Shown here: positions 25,964 to 34,383 of the stretch, one piece after another
How positions within the stretch are numbered: position 1 is the stretch's first letter
How the letters are laid out: each line of letters starts with the position of its first letter
DNA from: Pseudomonadota bacterium
Lineage (GTDB): Bacteria > Pseudomonadota > Alphaproteobacteria > Caulobacterales > Parvularculaceae
Reading direction: 5' to 3'
DNA length: 64,000 nucleotides
Assembly: GCA_039187035.1 (NCBI GenBank)
Contig: JBCCZS010000001.1
Span: 2,284-66,283, forward strand
Translations under genes and position numbers: made by a program
Notes under the pieces: model-generated
Seen by the model: only the letters and a program-made list of their open reading frames with translations
Databases searched by the model: none
Told to the model about the DNA's origin: nothing

Positions 25964-27490
25964 TCAGTCGAGCGGTTCGACGTCGAATGCGATGCTGACG
26001 CGTTCGTCGACCGAAAACGGCGTCGTGCGGTGATAGAAAAACGACGGAAACAAAAAGAGCCGCCCTTCCGCCGGCTGAAAGAGCGCAGGCGGCGCCGCCG
26101 GATCCGTGTGGTAATGGGCGGGCGGCCGTCCGACCTCGAACCAACCGGCGGTCGGCTCGTCCGGCGTTGCAGGCGGTAATTTCGGGTAATAGACGCCGCT
26201 CAGCCAATTGGGCGCGTGAATATGCGGTTCAAGTCTGCCGCCGGGGTCCAGGATCGTCCCCCACATCGTCAGGGTCCGCCGTTCGGGAAGGCCGCTGAGA
26301 AAAAGCGCGTCGCGCTGCGGGTCGAGCGCGGCGATATAGTCGTCGACGCAACGCTCGATCCACGTCGCCAGCACGGCGAAGGGGCCGGGCGCGCCGTCGA
26401 GCAATTCGCGGGTCTGGCGGCCTTGCCGCGTCGTCAACCCCGCCGGTTCGAAGGTGAGGGACGGGTGCGCGCGAACGCTATCGGTCAGCATACGGTTGAA
26501 ATCGGCGACGGCGGTCTCGCCGGTCGCCTGCGCAAAGGCGTCCGGCGGCGCGTCGTACTGTCTGACCAGCCGGCTCGTCTCGACCAACGTCCCGAATGCG
26601 TCTGGGTCGTTCAAGACGGAGAACGCGACCGAGCGCAGCGCGAGCGCTGTCGTTTTCTCGCCTGAGGCCGCGAGCGCCGCGTCGGTCGCGTCGAGGGCCT
26701 CGCGCGCCCGGCCCGCGGCGAGAAGAGCGCCGGCGAGGTTCGCATGCGGTTCGGCGCGCTCCGGCGCCGCCGCGGCGACGCCCTCAAAAAGCGCGATCGC
26801 CTCGTCAAGGTCGCCTTGCTTCTCTAGAAGCCCCGCCAAATCGTTGCGTGCCGGCCAATAGTCCGGCTGAGTGTTTTGGACGGCGCGCAACGCTGCGATC
26901 GCGTCGCGCGTGTCGCCGGCCGCGGCGAGGCAAGCGGCGTAATTGCGCCGGACCGGCGCGGCGTCGGGGGCCAGTTCGAGCGCGCGTGCATAGGCGACAA
27001 GCGCGCCGGAAAAATCGCCCATCCGTTTACGGACGACGCCGAGGCTGTTCCACGCCATCGGGTTTTGCGGTGCGGCCGACGTCGCAGCGTCCAGCGCGGC
27101 CTCGGCGTCGCGCCAGCGACCGAGCGCGAGATAGCAATTGCCGAGATTGAGATTGACGCTTCGGTTTGCGGGGTTCAGCCGCCGGGCCTCGGCGAGCGCG
27201 GCGATCGCCTCCTCGTACGCGCCCGTTTGTTTGAGGAAGACGCCGTAATTGTTGTGAAGGTCGGCGTCGTCCGGCGCGGCCGAGAGGCCGCCCAGAAACG
27301 CCTCACGGGCCTGCGCGCTTCGCCCCGACCGGTGGCGCGCGACGCCGAGGAGCCCGAATGCGCGCCCGGATCGCACGCCCGCGCCGACGAGTTGTTCTAG
27401 GAGAACGACCGCGTCGTCGGGGCGGCCTTGCGCGATCGCCCGTGCGGCCTCCTGCAGGGCGGCGTCTCGGTCTTCGTCGTCGATCGACAA
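25964..27490 (-). CDS. TPR-repeat protein fused to a 2OG-Fe(II) oxygenase-like C-terminal domain
   Basis: About 8 TPR-like repeats (AxxxYxxALxxxP pattern), then HIHAPNWLSGVYYPKLP...LFLFPSFFYHRTTPF...ERVSIAFDV. Confidence 0.8.
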   Translation of the reverse strand: MSIDDEDRDAALQEAARAIAQGRPDDAVVLLEQLVGAGVRSGRAFGLLGVARHRSGRSAQAREAFLGGLSAAPDDADLHNNYGVFLKQTGAYEEAIAALAEARRLNPANRSVNLNLGNCYLALGRWRDAEAALDAATSAAPQNPMAWNSLGVVRKRMGDFSGALVAYARALELAPDAAPVRRNYAACLAAAGDTRDAIAALRAVQNTQPDYWPARNDLAGLLEKQGDLDEAIALFEGVAAAAPERAEPHANLAGALLAAGRAREALDATDAALAASGEKTTALALRSVAFSVLNDPDAFGTLVETSRLVRQYDAPPDAFAQATGETAVADFNRMLTDSVRAHPSLTFEPAGLTTRQGRQTRELLDGAPGPFAVLATWIERCVDDYIAALDPQRDALFLSGLPERRTLTMWGTILDPGGRLEPHIHAPNWLSGVYYPKLPPATPDEPTAGWFEVGRPPAHYHTDPAAPPALFQPAEGRLFLFPSFFYHRTTPFSVDERVSIAFDVEPLD

Positions 27491-27579
27491 GCCGGCGCCT
27501 CCTATTTTGCTTTGTCAACGCGGCGTTCGCCCCGCATAGTAGCCGCGGCCGACGGCCGGAGGAACAGGGAGGACCGCCG

Positions 27580-27897
27580 ATGATTACGCTTATCATGCGC
27601 GTGCGGATAAAAACTGAAAAGATCGACGACTTCTCAGCGCTGATCGCGCAACTTGCGCAAGACGTTTACGCGAACGAGCCCGACTGTCTCGCGTTCGAGG
27701 TGCGCCAGAGCGAGGCGGACCCGGCGCTGTTCGTCTTTTTTGAGTGTTTCCGTTCAAAAGCCGCGCATGAAGCGCATCCGGACATGCCGTACCATAAAGC
27801 GATGTCGGAAGCCGGCTGGGCGTGCGTCGACGGCGAGCCGGAGATCGAGTTTCTAACGCCGGTCGCCGGCGCCCCGGCCCCGCTTCGCGGCGTGTAG
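27580..27897 (+). CDS. Antibiotic-biosynthesis-monooxygenase (ABM/Dabb) family protein
   Basis: About 105 aa. Typical pattern MITLIMRVRIK...FEVRQSEADPALFVFFECFRSKAAHEAH. GGGAGGA RBS. Confidence 0.75.
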   Translation: MITLIMRVRIKTEKIDDFSALIAQLAQDVYANEPDCLAFEVRQSEADPALFVFFECFRSKAAHEAHPDMPYHKAMSEAGWACVDGEPEIEFLTPVAGAPAPLRGV

Positions 27898-27902
27898 CGC
27901 GG

Positions 27903-29804
27903 TCACTCGCCGGGCGCCGTCGGCGCGTCGGCCGCTTCAAACACAAGAAGCGCGTTGCCCGGCATGCGGTCGCCGAAGAGATAGCCGGAGTTCACAAGCA
28001 CCCGCCCGTTCGCGACGACGGGGCCGGCGGATTCAATCGAGCCGCCGCGCGCCGTTTCGCCGGATACGGACGGAAAGTCGCGATTGGTGTCGAAGTCCCA
28101 AAGAAGATCGCCGGACGCTTTGTCATAGGCGCGCAAATGGCCGTCAAACGCGCCGGCGAACACGAGGTCCCCGGCGACGGTGACGGGGGCGGAATAGCCG
28201 GGATCGCACGCGGGTTTTTCCTCTTCGGCGCAGGTTAGCGGCGCCGCGGCGAACCAGCGCGTTTCTCCCGTGGCGGCGTCGAGCGCGAAGAGGCCGGGTT
28301 TGCGCTCGCCTTTGAAGCGGCCGATAAACTCCGTGTCGGCGTTCGGCGCGTAGACGGTGCGCCCGTCGCTCGCCATGCCCCAGTGGACGCCGCCGGCGAA
28401 GCCGCCGCGGCCGATCTTCTTTTTCCAAATGAGGGCGCCGTTATCGTCCGGGTCCAGCGCGAACACGTCGCCGGATTTTTGGCCGACGACGACGAGATCG
28501 CGGCCCGTCTCGTCGGTGACGAGCATGGGCGGCGCGCCGATGTCGAGGTCCGGCCCGTTTTCTTCCGGACAATTCGGTCCGCCGCCGATGAAACACGCCA
28601 TGTTCCAGGCGTCTCCGGCGATCGACTGATACGTCCAGCGCACCGCGCCCGTCTTAAGGTCGATCGCGAGCACCGAGTCGCTCGTGTCCGCCGCGGGCGA
28701 GGTGTACGCCTCGCCGGTGCCCACATAGAGAACGCCGCGTTTTTCGTCGATTGTCGGCGAGTTCCAAATCGGCGCGCCGGCCGGGTGAAAGCGGGCGGCG
28801 CCGGCGGCGTTGGTCTCGCCGGTCGGCGCCGGCGTTTGCGGGATCGAGTAGGTTTTCCAAAGGAGCGCGCCGGTCGCGACGTCGAATTTTGCGACGCCGC
28901 CGCGAAACGTGCAGCATTCATAGGCCGGGTCTGCGGCGCTCGCCCACTCGGTCGACGACAACGGCACATAAAGCGCGCCGTCGTAAAGGCGCGGCGACCC
29001 GGTCAGCGTCACGTCCGGGTGCGCGTCCGCGACGGCGCGCCATTGCAGGGCGCCGGTCCGCGCGTCGACCGCATAGACGTGCCCTTGGATGTCGCCGAAG
29101 AGCGCGAGGGGGCCGTCCGGCGTCGCCGCGACGTTGACGGCGTTGCGTACTTCCGCGTCCGCGGCGAACGTCCATCGCGCGCAGCCGCTTGCGAAATCGA
29201 GCGCGTAGACCGCGCCGCCCTGGCTGCCGACAAAGACGACGTCGCCGTAGACCGTAGGTTGGCTGCGCGCGCGGCTCGCGCCCGGATACGCGAACGCCCA
29301 TTTCAACTCCAGGCGCGCGGCGTCTTCCTTTGAGAGGCCGGCGCTCTCCGCGTCGACCGCGCGGGTGCCGGCGAGCGTCAGGCCCCACCCTTCGAATGCG
29401 GGGCGCGCGTCGGCAACGGTTCGGTCCGTGCACATCTTAACCGGTTTCGAACCGGCTGACGTCCCGCCGAGAAACGCGGCGAGCGCGGAGATTTCCTCCG
29501 ACGTCAGACCTTCGGCTTGGGTTTGCATGACGCCGCTCGTCAACGCGGCGGCGATCGCGTCGGGCCCGATGACTTGGAACATGACGGCGTGCGGCGCCTT
29601 CGGCACGCCGCCCATATGGCAAGAGGCGCATCGCTCCGCAAAGAGACCGGCGGCGTCGACGTCGCCATGGGGTGCGGCGGGCGCGGCGGCTTCCGGTTTT
29701 GTCGGAATGCTCGCGGGAGCGGCCTGCGCGATCGCTCCGGCGGCAAGGATAGCGACTGCGACGGCTGGGGCGACGGCGCGGATCATCAAGTCTATGGCGT
29801 GCAT
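27903..29804 (-). CDS. PQQ-type beta-propeller dehydrogenase with N-terminal cytochrome c domain (polyvinyl-alcohol-dehydrogenase-like architecture)
   Basis: Signal peptide, haem c site CASCHMGG, then a PQQ-like repeat propeller (GGAVYALD, GHVYAVDARTGALQW, and others). Confidence 0.85.
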   Translation of the reverse strand: MHAIDLMIRAVAPAVAVAILAAGAIAQAAPASIPTKPEAAAPAAPHGDVDAAGLFAERCASCHMGGVPKAPHAVMFQVIGPDAIAAALTSGVMQTQAEGLTSEEISALAAFLGGTSAGSKPVKMCTDRTVADARPAFEGWGLTLAGTRAVDAESAGLSKEDAARLELKWAFAYPGASRARSQPTVYGDVVFVGSQGGAVYALDFASGCARWTFAADAEVRNAVNVAATPDGPLALFGDIQGHVYAVDARTGALQWRAVADAHPDVTLTGSPRLYDGALYVPLSSTEWASAADPAYECCTFRGGVAKFDVATGALLWKTYSIPQTPAPTGETNAAGAARFHPAGAPIWNSPTIDEKRGVLYVGTGEAYTSPAADTSDSVLAIDLKTGAVRWTYQSIAGDAWNMACFIGGGPNCPEENGPDLDIGAPPMLVTDETGRDLVVVGQKSGDVFALDPDDNGALIWKKKIGRGGFAGGVHWGMASDGRTVYAPNADTEFIGRFKGERKPGLFALDAATGETRWFAAAPLTCAEEEKPACDPGYSAPVTVAGDLVFAGAFDGHLRAYDKASGDLLWDFDTNRDFPSVSGETARGGSIESAGPVVANGRVLVNSGYLFGDRMPGNALLVFEAADAPTAPGE

Positions 29805-29831
29805 CTTGGTGCCTATCAGGGGCGGCGCAAT

Positions 29832-30848
29832 TCAGGCGGCGTAGCCCGCCGCGCGCCGCGCGGCCGCGACGATGTCGTCTTTCGACGGAACGTAGGCGGC
29901 CTCGAGCGCGGGCGAGGCCGGCACGGGGGTGTGCGGCGCGGTGACTTTCTCGACCGGCGCTCTGAGCGAGGAAAACGCCTCGGCCGCCGCGAGCCCCGCT
30001 ATTTCCGATGCGAAGGAACAAATCGGCGTCGCTTCGTCGACGACCACGAGGCGACCGGTCTTCTCAATCGAATCGAGAATGCTGTCGGCGTCGAACGGAG
30101 AGAGCGACCGTGGATCGATCACTTCGGCCGAGACGCCCTCGGCCTCCAGCGCCTGCGCGGCTTCGTCGGCGACGAGCGCCATGCGGCCGATCCCGACGAT
30201 GGTGACGTCGGCGCCCTCGCGGACGATCCGTGCCTTGCCGAACGGCACGACGTAATCGCCGTCCGGCACGTCGCCTTCGTCGCCGAGCAACATCTTGTGT
30301 TCGCAGAAGATCACGGGGTCTTCATCGCGGATCGCCTGGATCAACATGCCCTTCGCGTCGTACGGCGTCGTGGGCAAGACGACTTTCAGGCCGGGAATAT
30401 GCGCGAAGATCGGATAGCAGGCCTGCGAGTGCTGCGGCCCTGCGCCGATCCCGGCGCCGACCATGGTGCGGATGACCATGGGCGCGCCGCGTTGATTGCC
30501 GAACATGTACCGAAACTTCGCGGCCTGATTATAAATCTGGTCGAAGCAAACGCCGAAGAAATCCGCGAACATGAGTTCGGCGACGGGGCGCAGTCCGGTC
30601 AAGGCGGCGCCGGCCGCGGCGCCCATAATGGCGGATTCCGAAATCGGCGTGTCGATGACGCGCCCGGCGCCGAATTCCGTATGCAGACCGGCGGTGAGCC
30701 CCATCACGCCGCCGGCTTTTTCGTCGTCGCCGGCGGTCCCGCCGCGCCCGCCCGCGACGTCCTCGCCGATGACGACGACGTTCGGGTCGCGGCGCATTTC
30801 GGTGCGCAGCGCGTCCGTGATCGCTTCGCGTAAGGTGATCTTCGGCAT
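29832..30848 (-). CDS. 2-oxoacid/acetoin dehydrogenase E1 component beta subunit
   Basis: MPKITLREAITDALRTEMRRDPNVVVIGEDV..., with transketolase-like pyrimidine-binding and C-terminal domains. Confidence 0.9.
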   Translation of the reverse strand: MPKITLREAITDALRTEMRRDPNVVVIGEDVAGGRGGTAGDDEKAGGVMGLTAGLHTEFGAGRVIDTPISESAIMGAAAGAALTGLRPVAELMFADFFGVCFDQIYNQAAKFRYMFGNQRGAPMVIRTMVGAGIGAGPQHSQACYPIFAHIPGLKVVLPTTPYDAKGMLIQAIRDEDPVIFCEHKMLLGDEGDVPDGDYVVPFGKARIVREGADVTIVGIGRMALVADEAAQALEAEGVSAEVIDPRSLSPFDADSILDSIEKTGRLVVVDEATPICSFASEIAGLAAAEAFSSLRAPVEKVTAPHTPVPASPALEAAYVPSKDDIVAAARRAAGYAA

Positions 30849-30860
30849 GGCCCGCTCCCT

Positions 30861-31832
30861 TTACGCGTACTCGGCGTAGACGTGATCGTGAAGCGCCGAC
30901 GGGTCGGGCGTCGGCGCGGCTTTGGCGAACGCGACCGCCTTGTCGATTTCTTCAGCGACTTCGGCGTCGATATCGTCAAAGGTCTGCGCGTCAAGCAGGC
31001 CGGCCTCGAGCACCTTCGCTTTAAAGATCGTAAGCGGATCTTTTTCGACCTGGAGGCCGGCGATTTCTTCTTTGTTGCGATAGGCTTGCGGGTCCCCTTC
31101 GTAATGGCCGTACCAGCGATAGGCGACGCACTCGATGCTCGAGGGACCCTCGCCGGCGCGCGCCCGCTCGACCGCGTCGCGCACCGCGTCGTGCACGGTG
31201 AAGAAGTCCGAACCGTCGATGCGCACGCCGGGCATGCCGAAGCCGGCCGCGCGCGTCGCAATATCTTTCGCGCCGCAATGATAATCGACGCCGGTGAATT
31301 CGGCGTAGCCGTTGTTCTCGTAGAGGAAAATGACGGGAAGCTTGAGGACCACCGCCAAATTCATCGCTTCAAAAACGGTTCCCTGGTTCGAGGCCCCGTC
31401 GCCGATGAACGCGACCGCGACCCGGTCGGTCCCGCGGGTTTTCGCCGAGAGCGCAGCGCCGACCGCGAGCGGCGGCGAGCCGCCGACGATCGCGTTCGCG
31501 CCGAGCATGCCTTTCGATAGGTCCGCGATATGCATCGATCCGCCCTTGCCGCCGCACAGGCCGTCGGCGCGGCAGTAAATCTCCAGCGTCATGTCGCGGA
31601 TGTCGCACCCTTTGGCGATGCAGTGGCCGTGCCCGCGGTGGGTCGAGCCGATATAATCCTCGTCGCTGAGGTGCGCGCAAACGCCGGCTGCTATGGCTTC
31701 TTGCCCGCAATAGAGATGAATGAAGCCGGGCATCGTGCCGGTCATGAACTCTTTGCGCATGCGTTCGTCGAAGTCCCGCATACGGCGCATTTTGAGGTAC
31801 GCGGTACGCAGATCGTCGCGACTTAGCTGCAT
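30861..31832 (-). CDS. TPP-dependent 2-oxoacid/acetoin dehydrogenase E1 component alpha subunit
   Basis: GFIHLYCGQEAIAAGV and the TPP motif GDGASNQGTVFEAMNLA...LPVIFLYENNGY. Confidence 0.9.
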   Translation of the reverse strand: MQLSRDDLRTAYLKMRRMRDFDERMRKEFMTGTMPGFIHLYCGQEAIAAGVCAHLSDEDYIGSTHRGHGHCIAKGCDIRDMTLEIYCRADGLCGGKGGSMHIADLSKGMLGANAIVGGSPPLAVGAALSAKTRGTDRVAVAFIGDGASNQGTVFEAMNLAVVLKLPVIFLYENNGYAEFTGVDYHCGAKDIATRAAGFGMPGVRIDGSDFFTVHDAVRDAVERARAGEGPSSIECVAYRWYGHYEGDPQAYRNKEEIAGLQVEKDPLTIFKAKVLEAGLLDAQTFDDIDAEVAEEIDKAVAFAKAAPTPDPSALHDHVYAEYA

Positions 31833-31907
31833 TGCAGCATCCTCCCGTTGTCGCCCGCTTGTCCGGTTTCTTGATTGCGAGCCTATCCAATCGGCCGACG
31901 GCAGGGC

Positions 31908-31943
31908 AATTAAAAAAACAGACGCGATTGTTTTTTATTGGCG
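31908..31943 (+). promoter_or_regulatory. AT-rich motif copy B (AAAAAAACAGACGCGATTGTTTTTTATTGGC)
   Basis: It sits in the 155-bp divergent region between the E1 alpha and SDR genes and shares its core with 21383-21416. It contains the inverted arms AAAAAACA / TGTTTTTT. Confidence 0.4.
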
Positions 31944-31987
31944 CCCGGCGGGTCGGCGGGGTAGCGTTCAAGGCGGGAGGACTGCGG

Positions 31988-32767
31988 ATGAGCCGACGCT
32001 TTGACGGAAAAGCGGCGTTCGTAACGGGTGCGGCCAGCGGCATCGGCGCGGCGACGGCGCGCAAGCTCCATGACGAAGGCGCGTGCGTCTTTGCAGCGGA
32101 CGTCGCCTTCGAGAACGCGGAATGGTCCGCCGCCGACGACCGGTTTTTCCGCGCCCGCCTCGACGTTACGGACGGCGCGGCGTGCGCGTCGGCGATCCGC
32201 GGCGCGGCCGAACGCGCCGGCCGGCTCGACGTCGCGGTTCTCAACGCCGGGATCGGGTATTCCAAGCCGTTCGAAGAGACGACTGCTGACGATTGGCGCA
32301 GTTTGTACGCCGTAAACGTCGACGGCGTTTACCACTGCTGTCAGGCCGTCATCGCGGTGATGAAGGAAACGGCGCCGGACCGCTCCTGGGACGACGCCGC
32401 GTCGATCGTGATCACGTCGTCGGTCGTCGGGCAGGTCGGGACGGCGGACGCCAGCGCGTATGCGAGCACCAAAGGCGCGGTGCGCATCCTCGCGAAATCG
32501 CTCGGTCTTTATTGCGCCCAGCGCGACTACCGCATCCGCGTCAACTCCGTGCACCCGGGCGTCATCGACACGCCGCTCCTTTGGGCCGACTTGGAGCGCA
32601 CCGGCGCGGCGCAAGACGCGTTTAAGGCGGTCAACGCCGCCCAGCCGATCGGGCGGATCGGCCGGCCGGAAGACATTGCGAACGGCGTCGCGTATCTGGC
32701 GTCCGACGACGCCTCTTTCGTGACCGGATCCGAACTCGTTATCGACGGGGGGTATACGGCTTTATGA
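31988..32767 (+). CDS. Short-chain dehydrogenase/reductase (SDR)
   Basis: GKAAFVTGAASGIGAATA, NAGI, and YASTKGAVRILAKS (YxxxK). Confidence 0.9.
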   Translation: MSRRFDGKAAFVTGAASGIGAATARKLHDEGACVFAADVAFENAEWSAADDRFFRARLDVTDGAACASAIRGAAERAGRLDVAVLNAGIGYSKPFEETTADDWRSLYAVNVDGVYHCCQAVIAVMKETAPDRSWDDAASIVITSSVVGQVGTADASAYASTKGAVRILAKSLGLYCAQRDYRIRVNSVHPGVIDTPLLWADLERTGAAQDAFKAVNAAQPIGRIGRPEDIANGVAYLASDDASFVTGSELVIDGGYTAL

Positions 32768-33558
32768 CGCAAGAGGCCGCCGCCTCGACGAACCTTGAGG
32801 GACGCGTCGCTCTTATTACGGGCGGCGCGTCCGGGATTGGCCAGGCGACGGCGCGCGCCTTCGCCGCAGCCGGCGCGCGGGTCGCGATCCTCGACAACGC
32901 CGATGACGCCGCGATCGCCGCGGAAGTCGACGCGCTGCGCGCCGACGGCGCCGACGCGTTCGGCGTGCGGGCGGACATATCGGACGCGGACGAGGCGGCG
33001 CGCGCCGTCGGCGCGGTCGCGGACGCGCTCGGCCCGGTCGACGCGCTCGTCAACAACGCCGGCGTTTGGGAACCGAACCCGGTGCCGGACAGCCCGTTGG
33101 CGTTGTTCGAGCGCCACATCGACGTGAACGTAAAGGGCACGTTTTTCGTCACGCACGCCTGCCTGCCGTCGATGTTGGAAAAAGGCGCCGGCACGATCGT
33201 CAACGTTTCTTCCGTCAGCGGCGTCGCCGGCCGCGCCGGCGACAGCGCCTATTCGGCCTCGAAAGCCGCGGTCGTGATGCTGACGAAAACCCTCGCCGCG
33301 GAACTCGGCGGGCGGGGCGTACGGATCAACTGTCTCGCGCCGGGGGCCGTCGCGACGCCCCTGACCGCCGCGCTACGCACGCCCGAGGGCGAGGCCGCCG
33401 TCGCCGAATTGATGGCGACGCACCCGAGCCCCAACGGCCGCTTCTTCATGCCGCCGGAGGACATGGCCTCGATCATTGTGTTTTTGTCGAGCGCGCCGTC
33501 GAAAGCGATCCACGGCGCAACGATCGTCGCCGACGAAGGCATCACGGCGACGATGTGA
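32764..33558 (+). CDS. Short-chain dehydrogenase/reductase (SDR)
   Basis: GRVALITGGASGIGQATA, NNAGV, and YSASKAAVVMLTKT. ATGA overlap with the upstream SDR. Confidence 0.9.
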   Translation: MTQEAAASTNLEGRVALITGGASGIGQATARAFAAAGARVAILDNADDAAIAAEVDALRADGADAFGVRADISDADEAARAVGAVADALGPVDALVNNAGVWEPNPVPDSPLALFERHIDVNVKGTFFVTHACLPSMLEKGAGTIVNVSSVSGVAGRAGDSAYSASKAAVVMLTKTLAAELGGRGVRINCLAPGAVATPLTAALRTPEGEAAVAELMATHPSPNGRFFMPPEDMASIIVFLSSAPSKAIHGATIVADEGITATM

Positions 33559-33625
33559 TCGCCCGCGCCGCCGGACCCTAACGCCCGCAAGTCCCCGGCG
33601 CCCGCAAGACCAAAGGGAGGAAACG

Positions 33626-34075
33626 ATGGCCGAACCGCTAACCGACCCGTCCAGCCTGGGCGACATCATCATCAATACGAACACGGCGCCGTGGCACGAT
33701 CTCGGCGAAGGAACGACGTTTCAGCTTCTGCGCTTCAGCGAGGTGACCGGCGACTGGGCGCTCTATGTGCGCATGGCGCCGGGCGCGACATTCGCGCCGC
33801 ACAAACACCTGAGCGACGGCGAATACTTCGTCACGAAAGGCGAACTCGTCTACGATGTCGGCTCGGCTCCAGCGGGAACGTACGGTTACGAACCGATCGG
33901 CTCGATCCACCATGAAGCGCACTGCACGGTCGAAACTGAGCTCTTGTTTTTGGGGCACGGACCCGTCGCCTTCACCGCCGAGGACGGATCAATCCGCTTT
34001 ATTCTCGACTATGAATTCCTTAAAGGGATCGCCGACCAAAAAGTCGACGCCGACATTTCCGGCGAGGCGTACTAG
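33626..34075 (+). CDS. Cupin-domain protein (ChrR-like cupin)
   Basis: AGGGAGG RBS. PGATFAPHKHLSDGEYFVTKGEL...GYEPIGSIHHEAH cupin metal motifs. Confidence 0.7.
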   Translation: MAEPLTDPSSLGDIIINTNTAPWHDLGEGTTFQLLRFSEVTGDWALYVRMAPGATFAPHKHLSDGEYFVTKGELVYDVGSAPAGTYGYEPIGSIHHEAHCTVETELLFLGHGPVAFTAEDGSIRFILDYEFLKGIADQKVDADISGEAY

Positions 34076-34383
34076 AAAGCGGCGCAAGGCCGGCTGTTTG
34101 TGCCGGGCTAGTCGCCTCTGCGGCGCGACGTCGAAGCGGGTGCGCGACGGCACAAGCGCGTGGTCGGCCGTCCGTTTTCGGCCCAGGGCGCATCCACGGT
34201 ATGACAGGACGGCGAGCGATTCGTGATGACCGGCATCGGTCACGACGCCTCCCGGACGTTTCGTCCGAAGACGTCGCTCTTTCGCCTGCGGAGACCGGCG
34301 TTTAAAGGACGACGACCCCCATCCCGCAAGGCCCGATCGCGGCGCGGCCGGCATCGGGAGAGGGGCGTCGCCGGGGTTCTACG

